Below are positions 19,278-30,768 of a stretch of DNA of 64,000 nucleotides, piece after piece (positions within the stretch are counted from its first letter, which is position 1; each line of letters starts with the position of its first letter). Under the pieces are notes generated by a model. It made no database searches. It had not been told where the DNA came from and saw nothing but the letters and a program-made list of their open reading frames with translations. A program made the position numbers and the translations under genes. The DNA lies in contig OY843592.1 of NCBI GenBank assembly GCA_963692865.2, positions 1,440,001 through 1,504,000 on the forward strand. The letters run 5' to 3'. Source of the stretch: a bacterium (GTDB lineage Bacteria; UBA8248).

Positions 19278-19610
19278 CGCGACTGATGAAGGAGTGATTG
19301 ACGCGACTGATGAGGGGTTGTTGAAAAAGTCCCCGGAAGCAGGGAACGGGTTTCCCGTAGGGGCGGACCTGCGTGTCCGCCCGGTTGTTGATGCGGACCT
19401 TGTTGAGGTTTTTCTACCCCTTTGGTGTTCCAGTTCCCGATATCCGTTCGATATGCGAACTTCGCGTTTGGGGCGGACACGCAGGTCCGCCCCTACAAAA
19501 GACGCAAACGCTAATTCATCGAGCTTTTTCAACAAACCCCTCAAGGGGGGAAGTGAACTTCAAAAGCGTGCGCGAAAAAATCGCTTCTCGGGGATTTTCC
19601 AATGCTCCCG
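19278..19610. repeat. Repeat mosaic: IS ends at 19314 (+) and about 19540 (-) bracketing an inverted GTAG-REP pair (19357-19382 / 19470-19496)
   Basis: GTAGGGGCGGACCTGCGTGTCCGCCC and GGGCGGACACGCAGGTCCGCCCCTAC. Confidence 0.8.
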
Positions 19611-19690
19611 GCAGAGGAGGGCTGTGTCCAGGCAGACTCTACATGTGAGCCGGTCCACGTCGGGAAAGAGAGATCGGATTTGAGTTTGGC

Positions 19691-20320
19691 CTAAAGCGGC
19701 CTCAATACCGCGCGCGCGGGCGCGCCGTCTCGGCCCGGGAACAGGGCGGGCAGGGCGATGAGCTCGTAATCGCCCTCGGGCGCATCGGCGAGGTTCAGCC
19801 CTTCGAGCAGCACGACGCCCAGCGGCATCAGCAGCATGTGGACGGGCGCGTTGGGGTCGGGCGCGTCCACGCCGAGATAGTCCACGCCCAGGAGCTCCAT
19901 CCCGTGGTCGTAGAGAAGCTGCCCGGCTTCGGGCGTCATGTGGCAGTAGTCGGGGCTGTAGGGCTTCGACCACCATCCCTCGTCCGAGTTTCGCGTCTTG
20001 ATGAGAAAGCGCGTGGCGCCTTCGAGGTTCTTGGTGGCGAGCTCCTCCGCCGTGATGCACTCGTGGTTTTCGACCGCGATCACCCGGGCGGGACCCATGA
20101 GGGTTTCGAGGTTCAGCGTCTCGATGCCGCCCGCATCGTGCAGGTAGTGCATGGGCGCGTCCACGTGCGTGCCGGCGTGCACGCCGAAGAGGACTTCGGT
20201 GAGGCAGACGTCGTCGCCTGCGTCGAAGGATTTGTGGAAGCGTATCGAGAGCCCCGGGTTTCCGGGGTAGATGGGCATTTTCCCTTCTTCTACGGGAACG
20301 GATATGTCGATGATGGCCAT
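19691..20320 (-). CDS. Cyclase family metallohydrolase (KynB/arylformamidase-like)
   Basis: HAGTHVDAPMH, GVDYLGVD, LEGLNL, DGAPARAVL. Confidence 0.88.
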   Translation of the reverse strand: MAIIDISVPVEEGKMPIYPGNPGLSIRFHKSFDAGDDVCLTEVLFGVHAGTHVDAPMHYLHDAGGIETLNLETLMGPARVIAVENHECITAEELATKNLEGATRFLIKTRNSDEGWWSKPYSPDYCHMTPEAGQLLYDHGMELLGVDYLGVDAPDPNAPVHMLLMPLGVVLLEGLNLADAPEGDYELIALPALFPGRDGAPARAVLRPL

Positions 20321-20505
20321 GCGCGCTCCTCCGGCGGGATGGGGTGGGATTGGATGAGACTAGGATATCAAAAAACGGCGTGGGGTGTCCAAACGGGGGT
20401 TTTCGGGGTTGATCGCGACCGCTGCGTGAGGCCGCATTGATCCATGGGATGATGCTTCTCTCCCGCTCGCCCTCCGCCCTCGAATCATCCCCCTTCCTTC
20501 CTCAC

Positions 20506-20716
20506 CGGTCGGGATCGACCACCGTCGTCATTCCGGCTTTCGCCGGAATGACGAACAAAACCGCACCGCCTCTTTCCTCACCCTGAGTAGCCGCCGAAGG
20601 CGGCGTATCGAAGGGCGAGGGGAGTCGAACGACCCACGCCGGTGCGAGAGGGCATCCTTCGATACGCGGCTTCACCGCTACTCAGGATGAAGCGGAGAGG
20701 ACTTTTTCAACAGCCC
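20506..20716. repeat. Compound repeat (short REP-A + REP-D + IS end); un-nested version of 53769-54384
   Basis: GTCATTCCGGCTTTCGCCGGAATGAC, CCTCACCCTGAGTAGCCGCCGAAGG...CTACTCAGGATGAAG, TTTTTCAACAGCCC. Confidence 0.8.
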
Positions 20717-20831
20717 TGACAAGGGGGGTTGGCGGTGGGGGAGAAGCAGACCGCATGTGGTAAGGCTTTTTAAGTGGAGAAGATGGAACTTGAGAAATTC
20801 ATGACGAGGCGAAAACGGGAAGGACGAAGCG

Positions 20832-21044
20832 ATGGGTTCCCATCCGGTGAAAAACAGGCGCAAGGACGAACCGCCGAACGAAGCGGAAGAAACCGCCGAG
20901 GATGCGATTGATTTCGAGATAGCGGCGAAACGATGGCGCGATCTCAAGAAAGGCCGCGACTCGCTCGTTACGGATGAAGGACGGGTGGTCGATTTTGATG
21001 ACTTCGTGATTCTGCGCATGGACCCGGCCGGGGAGAGCACCTGA
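20832..21044 (+). CDS. Small acidic hypothetical protein (possible antitoxin-like fragment)
   Basis: 70-aa ORF with AGGA upstream; EDAIDFEIAAKRWRDLKKGR segment. Confidence 0.35.
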   Translation: MGSHPVKNRRKDEPPNEAEETAEDAIDFEIAAKRWRDLKKGRDSLVTDEGRVVDFDDFVILRMDPAGEST

Positions 21045-21077
21045 CAACCGCTCCCCCTTGTAGAGCGCTAAACTGTT

Positions 21078-21270
21078 ACTCCCCCTCAAGGGGTTGTTGA
21101 AAAACCCCCTCCTCGCTCGGAATTCACCACCGCCGTCATTCCGGCGCATGCCGGAATCCAGAGCAGACGGGGATACCGAATCGCAGGACGACCAGGAAAA
21201 ACGATAAAGCGAAAAGACAAATTCAAAAACAAAGTCCCTGGATTCCGGCATGCGCCGGAATGACGATCAA
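21078..21270. repeat. REP-C half + IS1182 end + linker + REP-A (21135-21264)
   Basis: CCCCCTCAAGGGGTTGTTGAAAAACCCC-CTCCTCGCTCGGAATTCACCACCGCC-GTCATTCCGG. Confidence 0.8.
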
Positions 21271-21303
21271 AACCGCATTCAACCGTAGCGGGGTGGTTGC
21301 CCT

Positions 21304-21678
21304 TCACGCTTTCACCGATTGAGCAGCGCTTTCGGTCGGATGGCCGTCGCGCTTCCACCAGTCGAGTCCGCCCATGAGTTCCTTCACCCCGAAGCCGAGC
21401 CGCGTCATGTTGAGCGCGCCCTTGGTCGAGGCGTTGCAGCCGATGCCGTCGCAATAGGTGACGATGAGGGCATCCCCGTCGAGGTGCCCGGTGGTATCGG
21501 GGTTCATCTGCCGGTGCGGGATGTTGATCGCGCCGGGGATGTGCTCTTCCTCGTATGCCTCGGGCGAACGCGCATCGATGACGACGACGTTCTCGCCTTG
21601 TTCCATCGCGACTTTCAGGTCCCATGAATCGGTTTCATAGGCCAGCTTGTTCGCGTAGTGGTCGAGCTGTTCGTTCAT
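21304..21678 (-). CDS. Rhodanese-like domain protein
   Basis: VIDARSPEAYEEEHIPGAINIP, TYCDGIGCNAS, LMGGLDWW. Confidence 0.9.
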   Translation of the reverse strand: MNEQLDHYANKLAYETDSWDLKVAMEQGENVVVIDARSPEAYEEEHIPGAINIPHRQMNPDTTGHLDGDALIVTYCDGIGCNASTKGALNMTRLGFGVKELMGGLDWWKRDGHPTESAAQSVKA

Positions 21679-21725
21679 TGGATATCCTTGATTTAAGCGC
21701 TCATCATCTTTGAGTGGCAGTCCCC

Positions 21726-22826
21726 CTACTCGTGCACGACGACGCTGCGGGCCACCTCGCCGTTTAAGAGCGCATCGTATGCCTCGTTGATCTGCTCGAT
21801 GGGCCACTCCCTGGTGAGCAGGTCGTCGAGATTGAGTTTCCCGGCCATGTAGAGGTCGATGAGCCGGGGCACGAACAGCCTGGGGTTGGACGAGCCGTAG
21901 AGGGAGCCGATGAGGCGCTTCTCTTCCGTCACCAGGGAGGTGGGCTGTACCGAGACTTGTGATTTCACGTCCGCGATGCCGACGATGACGGCGGTGCCGC
22001 CCGTGCGCAGGCTCTTGAACGCCGTGGACATCACCTCGGGCACGCCGATGAACTCGAAGGCGTAGTGCACGCCCTTGCCGTCGGTGATCGAGCGGATGGC
22101 CTCCACCGCGTCCTCATCCGATGAGTTCACCGTGTGCGTCGCGCCGAATTTCTTCGCCATCTCGAGCTTGTTCTGCATCAGGTCGACCGCGATGATGGGT
22201 TCCGCCCCCACCATGGCCGCGCCCTGAATCCCGTTCAGCCCCACGCCGCCCGCGCCGAATATCGCCACGCTCTCGCCCGGACGCACCTGCGCGCCGTTCA
22301 CCACCGCGCCCACGCCCGTGATGACGGCGCAGCTCACCACCGCCGCTTTTTCGAGCGACATGTCCTCTCGAATCTTGAGCACCGATTTCTCCGACACCAC
22401 CGAGTGGGAGCTGAACGTGGAGACGCCCAGGAAGTGGTGCACCTTCTCGCCGTTGATGGAAAAGCGCGTCGTGCCGTCCGAGAGCGTGCCGTCGGCCCGC
22501 ATGCGGATGCCCTCGCCGCAGATGGCGGGCCGGTTCGAGAGGCAGAGCTCGCATGCGCCGCAGCTGTAGCGCCAGACGGATACCACGTGATCGCCCGGCT
22601 TCACCGACGTCACGCCGGGCCCCACCTCCTCCACGACGCCCGCGCCCTCGTGACCCATGATGATGGGCGTGGGCACCGGGAACAGGCCCGCGATGGCGTG
22701 GTGGTCGCTGTGGCAGACGCCGCCCGCGCGGTAGTGCACGAGCACCTCGCCCTCCTTGGGCGGTTCCACCTCGATGGGTTCGATGGTCATCGGTTTGCCG
22801 ACTTCGTGGAAGATGGCTGCTTTCAT
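21726..22826 (-). CDS. Zn-dependent alcohol dehydrogenase (class III-like)
   Basis: GVCHSD, GHEGAG, CGACELC..C, FGAGGVG; GAGGAG RBS. Confidence 0.9.
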   Translation of the reverse strand: MKAAIFHEVGKPMTIEPIEVEPPKEGEVLVHYRAGGVCHSDHHAIAGLFPVPTPIIMGHEGAGVVEEVGPGVTSVKPGDHVVSVWRYSCGACELCLSNRPAICGEGIRMRADGTLSDGTTRFSINGEKVHHFLGVSTFSSHSVVSEKSVLKIREDMSLEKAAVVSCAVITGVGAVVNGAQVRPGESVAIFGAGGVGLNGIQGAAMVGAEPIIAVDLMQNKLEMAKKFGATHTVNSSDEDAVEAIRSITDGKGVHYAFEFIGVPEVMSTAFKSLRTGGTAVIVGIADVKSQVSVQPTSLVTEEKRLIGSLYGSSNPRLFVPRLIDLYMAGKLNLDDLLTREWPIEQINEAYDALLNGEVARSVVVHE

Positions 22827-22988
22827 GGGCATGCTCCTCGGTCGATGGGTATGCGCGGGGGCAAAGAACCCCGGCGATATCTTGTGGTTTTTCGTATTCT
22901 TACCCGAAAACGGGCCGGATTGCACACGGCGCTCCCCATCGGGCGTTGCAAGTCGGGGCGCATCCGTATATGCTCTTGGGAGATAGTT

Positions 22989-23075
22989 CCTGCTAGGGGT
23001 GTATGCGCTGAGAGCCCGGAGTCGCGGGCAACCCTTGGAACCTGCACTGGGTAATTCCAGCGAAGGGAAGCGGGC
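22989..23075 (+). ncRNA. TPP riboswitch
   Basis: AGGGGTG...GCTGAGA...ACCCTTGGAACCTGCACTGGGTAATTCCAGCGAAGGGA directly upstream of thiS-thiG-thiE. Confidence 0.9.
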
Positions 23076-23096
23076 CGAAGAATCCGGGTGTTTTTG

Positions 23097-23130
23097 GCCG
23101 CTCCCGAATCGCGGGGCGGCTTTTTTGTTT
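23097..23130 (+). terminator. Riboswitch-controlled intrinsic terminator
   Basis: GCCGCTCC-CGAATCG-CGGGGCGGC followed by TTTTTTGTTT. Confidence 0.75.
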
Positions 23131-23154
23131 TGATGTTTCTGGGGAGATGATTTC

Positions 23155-23355
23155 TTGCGTGTCCGGGTGAACGGAGAGGACAGGGAACTGGCAGAGGGCG
23201 TGAGCGTCGCGGCGCTTCTGGACTCCATGTCGCTCGAGGTGAACGGCATCGCCGTGGCGCTCAACATGGAGATCGTCCGCCGGGGCGAATACGGGGATAC
23301 GCAGTTATCCGATGGGGATGAGGTCGAGATCGTCCGCGCCGTGGGCGGGGGCTGA
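23155..23355 (+). CDS. thiS: Sulfur carrier protein ThiS
   Basis: 66 aa, VNGE, IAVALN, C-terminal VGGG. Confidence 0.95.
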   Translation: MRVRVNGEDRELAEGVSVAALLDSMSLEVNGIAVALNMEIVRRGEYGDTQLSDGDEVEIVRAVGGG

Positions 23356-23406
23356 TTATGAATGATAACGGGCGCGGCGTGAGAGCCGGCGCCGGGAGGG
23401 AGTGTG

Positions 23407-24180
23407 ATGAGCACGTATGAGATCGGGGGCAGGACGTTCACTTCCCGCCTTTTGGTGGGTTCGGGCAAATATCCGAGTTTCGCCGTGATGCGCGACGCGC
23501 TCGAAGCGAGCGGGACGGAGATCGTCACCGTCGCCGTGCGCCGCGTGGATCTAGAAGACGATTCCTCGGAGGGCTTCTGGGCGCATTTCGATAAAGATAA
23601 ATACACGATGCTGCCCAATACGGCGGGCTGCTACGACGTGAAGAGCGCGGTGACGACGGCGCGGCTCGCGCGCGAGGCCACCGGGTCCGACTTCGTGAAG
23701 GTCGAGGTCATCGGCGATGAGGACACGCTCTTCCCGGACAACGAGGGCCTGCTGGAGGCGTGCCGGATTCTGCTGGACGACGGCTTCATCGTCCTGCCCT
23801 ACTGCATCGACGATCCGGTGATCTGCAAGAAACTCGAACAACTCGGCTGCCACGCCGTCATGCCGCTGGCGGCGCCCATCGGCTCGGGCCTCGGCATCCG
23901 GAACCCCTACAACCTCAGGATCATCCTGGAGCAGGTATCGGTTCCCGTCATCGTGGACGCGGGCGTGGGCACGGCTTCGGACGCCGCGGTGGCGATGGAG
24001 TTGGGCGCGGCCGCCGTCCTGATGCAGACGGCCATCGCGGGCGCGGACGACCCGGTGAAGATGGCGCGCGCCATGAACCTCGCCGTCGAGTCGGGCAGGC
24101 TCGCGTACGAGGCCGGGCGCATCCCCATGAAGCTCTACGCCACGGCGTCGAGTCCGCTGGCGGGCGTCATCGGCTCTTAG
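23407..24180 (+). CDS. thiG: Thiazole synthase
   Basis: [40 protein letters not shown]. Confidence 0.96.
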   Translation: MSTYEIGGRTFTSRLLVGSGKYPSFAVMRDALEASGTEIVTVAVRRVDLEDDSSEGFWAHFDKDKYTMLPNTAGCYDVKSAVTTARLAREATGSDFVKVEVIGDEDTLFPDNEGLLEACRILLDDGFIVLPYCIDDPVICKKLEQLGCHAVMPLAAPIGSGLGIRNPYNLRIILEQVSVPVIVDAGVGTASDAAVAMELGAAAVLMQTAIAGADDPVKMARAMNLAVESGRLAYEAGRIPMKLYATASSPLAGVIGS

Positions 24181-24199
24181 GGCTGATACCGCGAAGATT

Positions 24200-24826
24200 T
24201 TGGAATCATCCGCGCTGGACCCGCTCTACCTCATCACGGACAGGAACGCCCCCCCGTCGGGCGATCTCCTCGACGCGCTGGAAGCCGCCCTCGCAGGCGG
24301 CGTGCGCTTCGTCCAGTTCCGCGAGAAGGATATGCCATTTGAGGAGCGCCTGCGCCTGGGGCGGGAGGTCGCCTCCCTTGCCTCTGAACACGGCGCGCGC
24401 CTGCTCGTGAACGGCGACCCCGAACTCGCGGACGCCCTGGGCGCGGACGGCGTTCATCTCGGCAAGGGGACGGTGAGCGTCTCGGAGGTGCGCGCGGGAG
24501 GCTATTCCGGCCTCATCGGCTATTCCGCCCATTCGGGAGAAGAAGCCGCTGCTGCGTTCGCAGAGGGAGCGGATTTCGTTACGCTCAGCCCCGTGTTCCC
24601 CACCAACAGCAAATTCTCATCCGGCGCCGTCCTGGGACTCGATAAGTTCGAGAAAGAGCGCGAAGTTGCGGGCGGCCCCGTCTACGCGCTCGGCGGCGTG
24701 GGGGCCGAGAACGCCTCTGCGTGTATCGAAAGAGGCGCGAGCGGCGTCGCGCTCATCGGCGCGGTACTGGCGGCCGACGACCCCGCCCGCGCGGCGCGGG
24801 AGGTGCGCGCGGCGCTGCGCGTTTGA
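24200..24826 (+). CDS. thiE: Thiamine-phosphate synthase (or TenI-like)
   Basis: LYLITDR, VQFREKD, DGVHLG, SAHS, SPVFPT, YALGG. Confidence 0.8.
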   Translation: MESSALDPLYLITDRNAPPSGDLLDALEAALAGGVRFVQFREKDMPFEERLRLGREVASLASEHGARLLVNGDPELADALGADGVHLGKGTVSVSEVRAGGYSGLIGYSAHSGEEAAAAFAEGADFVTLSPVFPTNSKFSSGAVLGLDKFEKEREVAGGPVYALGGVGAENASACIERGASGVALIGAVLAADDPARAAREVRAALRV

Positions 24827-24837
24827 GCGCGCCCGCA

Positions 24838-25540
24838 TGTGGTTGTTGAAAAAAACCTTCTCGCTCGGAATTGGCCACTGCCGTCATTCCGGCGCCATTG
24901 CCGTTCCTGTCGCAGGGGCCGCATACGGGGTTGTTGAAAAATCTCCCCCTGGCGGGATAAACGCAACCTCCTCGAAGGAGAAGCCCCATAAAGGCACCCC
25001 CCCCTACCCCCCTTGCAGGGGCAAGAAAGAGCAAAGCCCCTCCACCCGGCGGGGGACATCGCCTTTTTATGTCCCCCTTGAGGGGGGTTGTTGAAAAAGC
25101 CGGAGAGGGAAAGTTTCTTTGTGCGTAGGGGTCGCATACATGCGACCCTCCCCGTTGGGGGCACGCGGGCCGCATAATATGCGTGGGGCGCTCCCAAGGA
25201 GGGAGCGCCACCTACAAAAACCGCCCCCTCCCGGTCGCGTCATATCCTCGTTAATCATCACTTTTTCTACTCCCCCTCAAGGGGGGAGTGGTTTCGGTGT
25301 TCTCCTCGGTGGGAGAGGTTTTTCAATAACCCCATGTATGCGACCCGTGTTTTGAAGGCGAAAAGGCAGGGCCGCATGTATGCGGCCCCTACACGCGGGC
25401 GGTGGCCCCTCACGGATCGGCTCTCACCAAGGAAAGGTCGCGACCTCGGACGGGAGCAAGGGCCCGTCCGCTGCCACCCCCTCCCCGGTTGTTCGCATTC
25501 GCCGAATCACGAAATCGGGGACTTTTCCGGCGGCCCCGCG
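24838..25540. repeat. Intergenic repeat mosaic (IS ends at 24839, 24927, 25084 and 25315-25333; GTAG REPs; REP-C half; subfamily F)
   Basis: Direct motif matches to the other mosaics. Confidence 0.8.
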
Positions 25541-25647
25541 CGTTTTCCCGCCCCGCGCTACTTGAGAAATCCGCGCGAATATCCAACAATAGCGGAAAAT
25601 CGCATAGCTATGATTTTTTTCACCTGACCGATCCGGGAGGTATTCTC

Positions 25648-27603
<1,956 letters not shown>

Positions 27604-27700
27604 GAGCGACCGAGCAGAGTCAAGGTTTCATTTGTAGGGGACGCACATCATGCGTCCCTTACTTGTATCTTCTCACGTTCAGGGAGGAATTTTCGGCAGG

Positions 27701-28855
27701 ATGAGCCTTGAAGAAATCTTAAGAAAAGCGGTCGAGCACATTGACTCTGGCTTGTTGAGAAAAGAGACACAAGTCAGGGATACAGTTATCAATCCCATTC
27801 TCAAAGCGTTGGATTGGGATGTTGGTAATCCTGAAAGGGTCAGAACGGAATATGAAGTTCTAAAAGGTAAAGAAGGCTCGGTAGACTACGCACTACTCAG
27901 AGAAAAGGCGCCTGTGATTTTCATAGAAGCTAAAAAGCTTGGCGGTATAAAAAAAGCCAAGAAGCCTAGGGACGAAGATAGCAGGGAACAACTATTTAAC
28001 TATTATTATGCCGATAGGAGGCCGGAGTTTCTAATTCTGACGGACGGCAAACGCTGGTTTTTTTATCTCGGGAAATTGGAGGAAGAAGAAAAAGTCTTAG
28101 ATAATCTGTTGTTCCACGAAATGGAATTAACGAGTAGGGAAGAGGTTTCCAAGTATGTCTCGTTTTTCAGGAAATACCTTGAGAGGAAGCAAATCGTTTC
28201 TTACCGGAGTGCCTTGAAGGCCGCAGAGAATGTCTACAAAAAGAATCAGGATAGAAAGATAACACGCGACGCGATTCCGAGTGTCTGGCTAAGGATGCTG
28301 GAGACCCCGAACCAGAAACTACGCGATCTGCTGGCGAAAGAGGTAAGAAACGAGCTTAAATCCAAGCTGAAACCAGATGATTTGCGAGAAGAAGTGGAAG
28401 CGTTTTTGAAAGAGTTTGCTTCTGAGGCTGTGCCACCAACATCTCGCTCCCGTTCATCAAAGCCAGTGCCTGCCTCGGCGGAGCCTAAAGCTGGCAAGGG
28501 GTCGAAATTCGTCGGCTTCGTTCTTGATGGGAAGGACTTCGCCACCAAAAACTCCATAGAAACTTTGGCCAAAATACTGAAAGAGTTTTCTGGCCGTGAA
28601 TCTGGATTTATGGAACGCTTTGCGGAGAAAACGAAGGGGAAAGAGAGGCCGTTGGTGTCGAAAGACCGCGATAAACTCTATGCTCGCCCTAATGAAGCTC
28701 ATCCCCAAGCCGAGGATTTGAAGAACGGGTGGTGGTTACAGAAAGGAACAAACGCTAAAATAGAGCAAATCAAGAAACACATCGAAATCGCCTGCGAAGT
28801 TGCAGGCGTGAAATTCGGCTCTCAGTTGGAGCTGATTGAGCCTGATGCCCAGTAA
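27701..28855 (+). CDS. HsdR N-terminal (PD-(D/E)xK) nuclease with possible SeqA-like C-terminal domain
   Basis: ETQVRDTVINPILKALDW, EY, VDYAL, IFIEAKK, QLFNY, ILTDGKRW; no helicase domain; visibly AT-richer than flanks. Confidence 0.75.
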   Translation: MSLEEILRKAVEHIDSGLLRKETQVRDTVINPILKALDWDVGNPERVRTEYEVLKGKEGSVDYALLREKAPVIFIEAKKLGGIKKAKKPRDEDSREQLFNYYYADRRPEFLILTDGKRWFFYLGKLEEEEKVLDNLLFHEMELTSREEVSKYVSFFRKYLERKQIVSYRSALKAAENVYKKNQDRKITRDAIPSVWLRMLETPNQKLRDLLAKEVRNELKSKLKPDDLREEVEAFLKEFASEAVPPTSRSRSSKPVPASAEPKAGKGSKFVGFVLDGKDFATKNSIETLAKILKEFSGRESGFMERFAEKTKGKERPLVSKDRDKLYARPNEAHPQAEDLKNGWWLQKGTNAKIEQIKKHIEIACEVAGVKFGSQLELIEPDAQ

Positions 28856-28892
28856 TCTTGAGAATTATCGGCGAGATTAGGAAAGTTTTTTT

Positions 28893-29090
28893 ACTCCCCC
28901 CGAGGGGCGGTTGAAAAAACCCTCCTCGATCTGAATTGTCCACCGCTGTCATTCCGGCGAATGCCGGAATCCAGAACCGATGAGAGAACCGGAGCCCATG
29001 GAATCCGGCCCCTTACGCCGGAGTGCCTCATTCCAGCCTTTCTTCAATACCAGTCCGCTCTGGATTCCGGCATTCGCCGGAATGACGGCG
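28893..29090. repeat. Degenerate IS end + linker + REP-A (28948-29086)
   Basis: GGGGCGGTTGAAAAAACCC...GAATTGTCCACCGCTGTCATTCCGG...CCGGAATGAC. Confidence 0.8.
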
Positions 29091-29320
29091 GTTTATCTCG
29101 CTTGATGAGGAAAAGCGCAAAGACAGGGCGCTATCTCGGACGGACGCGGGGGCTGTCTTTACGAAGTCATTGCCTAGAACGCCGATAGTTTGTCGATGAG
29201 AAGCGTTGAGAACTGCTGATCCAATCCGGTATGTGCGGATTGCGGGAGGAAGCTCTCAGTGGAAGAACTCGTGAATATCTGTGCCTATGGGGGAGTGGAT
29301 GAGGTTTCTTCCTGCGATGG

Positions 29321-29548
29321 TCAGATAAGTTTGATGAGGGCGGCGGGGAAGGCGACGCCGGCCACGATCAGCCCGCCGAGCCGAATCGTGATCCGTTGTT
29401 CGAGGGCGGCGAGGTCGGCCTTGGTCGCCAAATTCTCGCTTACGGCGCGACGCATTGTCGAAACGATGGCTTCGGCGTGGGCTTCCGTCAGCCCGGCGGC
29501 CTTCAAATCGCGGGCGGCTTCCAGCGTATCGAATTGGATGTCGCTCAT
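29321..29548 (-). CDS. DUF1640/CCDC90-like small coiled-coil membrane protein
   Basis: FDTLEAARDLKAAGLTEAHAEAIV...LATKADL plus C-terminal TM. Confidence 0.8.
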   Translation of the reverse strand: MSDIQFDTLEAARDLKAAGLTEAHAEAIVSTMRRAVSENLATKADLAALEQRITIRLGGLIVAGVAFPAALIKLI

Positions 29549-29660
29549 CGGGGTTTTCTCCGTTGGCCCAACAATCACCGTTACCCTACCACAGATTTCC
29601 CTTGCGCGGAACGCATGTAAAACCCCGTGATTGCCGACCCCTCACGGCCGTCCGTCATCA

Positions 29661-30070
29661 CTTCCGTCCGCCGGGAGATGATTCCCTCGGGCGTTCCCGG
29701 CGATTTGGCCGCGCGCGGGGAGGTGGTACCATGGAGCGGCGCGAGGACGTTCAAAGACCCATCTGAATCTCTATTCCGAAAGATGGGGCGAAAGATGACC
29801 GATTACCAGTTCTACATGTTTCTGGCCACTGCCGCCGGTCCCCTCGTGGCGCTCGGCGTCGGCGGCGCGCAATGCCTGCTGATCTTCAGCGGACTCCGGC
29901 AGATGGAGGCGGCCTCGCGCGCGCGGGAGCAGTTGCACGCCGAGACCATGGCGGTTTTGGAATCGCGGCACGCGCAAACCATGGCGGCTCACAGAGAAAC
30001 GATGGCGGCTTTGGAGAAGCGACATGCCGAAAACTTGGCCGCGCTGAAGGAACTCATCCGCCGCACCGGC
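29661..30070 (+). repeat. Copy 1 of an approx. 0.4-kb duplication (copy 2 at 30860 to about 31290)
   Basis: Identical 134-nt upstream region and near-identical ORF, offset 1199 nt. Confidence 0.92.
29705..29732 (+). promoter_or_regulatory. Candidate sigma70 promoter (duplicated at 30904-30931)
   Basis: TTGGCC-N16-TACCAT with TG extended -10 upstream of the heptad-repeat gene. Confidence 0.4.
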
Positions 30071-30085
30071 GGCGGAGTCGAATGA
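29795..30085 (+). CDS. N-terminal TM + heptad-repeat coiled-coil protein (copy 1)
   Basis: MTDYQFYMFL...GLRQM, HxxTMAx repeats, RHAENLAALKELIRRTG. Confidence 0.7.
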   Translation: MTDYQFYMFLATAAGPLVALGVGGAQCLLIFSGLRQMEAASRAREQLHAETMAVLESRHAQTMAAHRETMAALEKRHAENLAALKELIRRTGGGVE

Positions 30086-30139
30086 GCGTGGTTCATGGCG
30101 GGTTGAGGTAAGGCGCGGCCCGGCGCGGATAAGACTTCT

Positions 30140-30258
30140 TCCTGTGATGGTCAGTTTGATGAGGGCGGCGAGGAAGGCGGCGCCGGCCGCGACCGACCCG
30201 CCGATCCGAATCGTGATCCGTTGTTCGAGGGCCGCAAGGTCGGCCCTGGTCGCCAGGC
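30140..30258 (-). pseudogene. 3' remnant of a second DUF1640-like gene
   Basis: LATRADLAALEQRITIRIGG..FLAALIKL matches the 29321-29430 region; 5' half absent; a 5-nt deletion removes the in-frame stop. Confidence 0.75.
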
Positions 30259-30411
30259 TCCCGCCTGCGGCGCGGCGTATCGACGCGCGATGAAATACCC
30301 GCCTGGAAATTTTCCCCTGATGGATATAAGTTGACGGCGTTGCCTCCTGATGAGGCATCCCTGGAAAGAATCCCGACCCGCTTGATAGCGTTCCGCAAAG
30401 GGGGAAACAAG

Positions 30412-30768
30412 ATGAAAACGCGGTGGAGCCTCCTGGTTTTTCTGATCCTTTCCGTCTCGGCGGCCGCCTTCGCGCACGGGTCCGGGCCGGGCGGTTCCCT
30501 CCGCTCCGAGGGAGTCATAGAAAAGCGGCGTCAACCGGAGCAAGGCCGGCTGCTGGCCCAGACGAAAACGAAGCCGTCGATCGAGAAGGTGGAGCAGTCC
30601 GTCAAGAACAAGACGCTGCAATTGCTAGAGGAGTTGAGAGAGATTTGCCCGACGTGCGTCGTCGTCCAGACCGCCGTCCCCCGCGCATGTCCGCCCGGCT
30701 GTCCGGCTTGCCCCGCCGGTTCGGGGTGGGACGCCCGGCTGAAAAAGTGCCGGAAATTCCGCGAATGA
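30412..30768 (+). CDS. Small secreted Cys-rich protein
   Basis: Signal peptide (..SAAAFA-H), CPTC, CPPGCPACPAGSGWDARLKKC; GGGGG RBS-like run. Confidence 0.6.
   Translation: MKTRWSLLVFLILSVSAAAFAHGSGPGGSLRSEGVIEKRRQPEQGRLLAQTKTKPSIEKVEQSVKNKTLQLLEELREICPTCVVVQTAVPRACPPGCPACPAGSGWDARLKKCRKFRE

Noticed and set aside
19278-19313. 12-bp direct repeat CGCGACTGATGA as a regulator site
   Set aside because: It abuts an IS end and resembles repeat-linker sequence near 16269; more likely insertion debris
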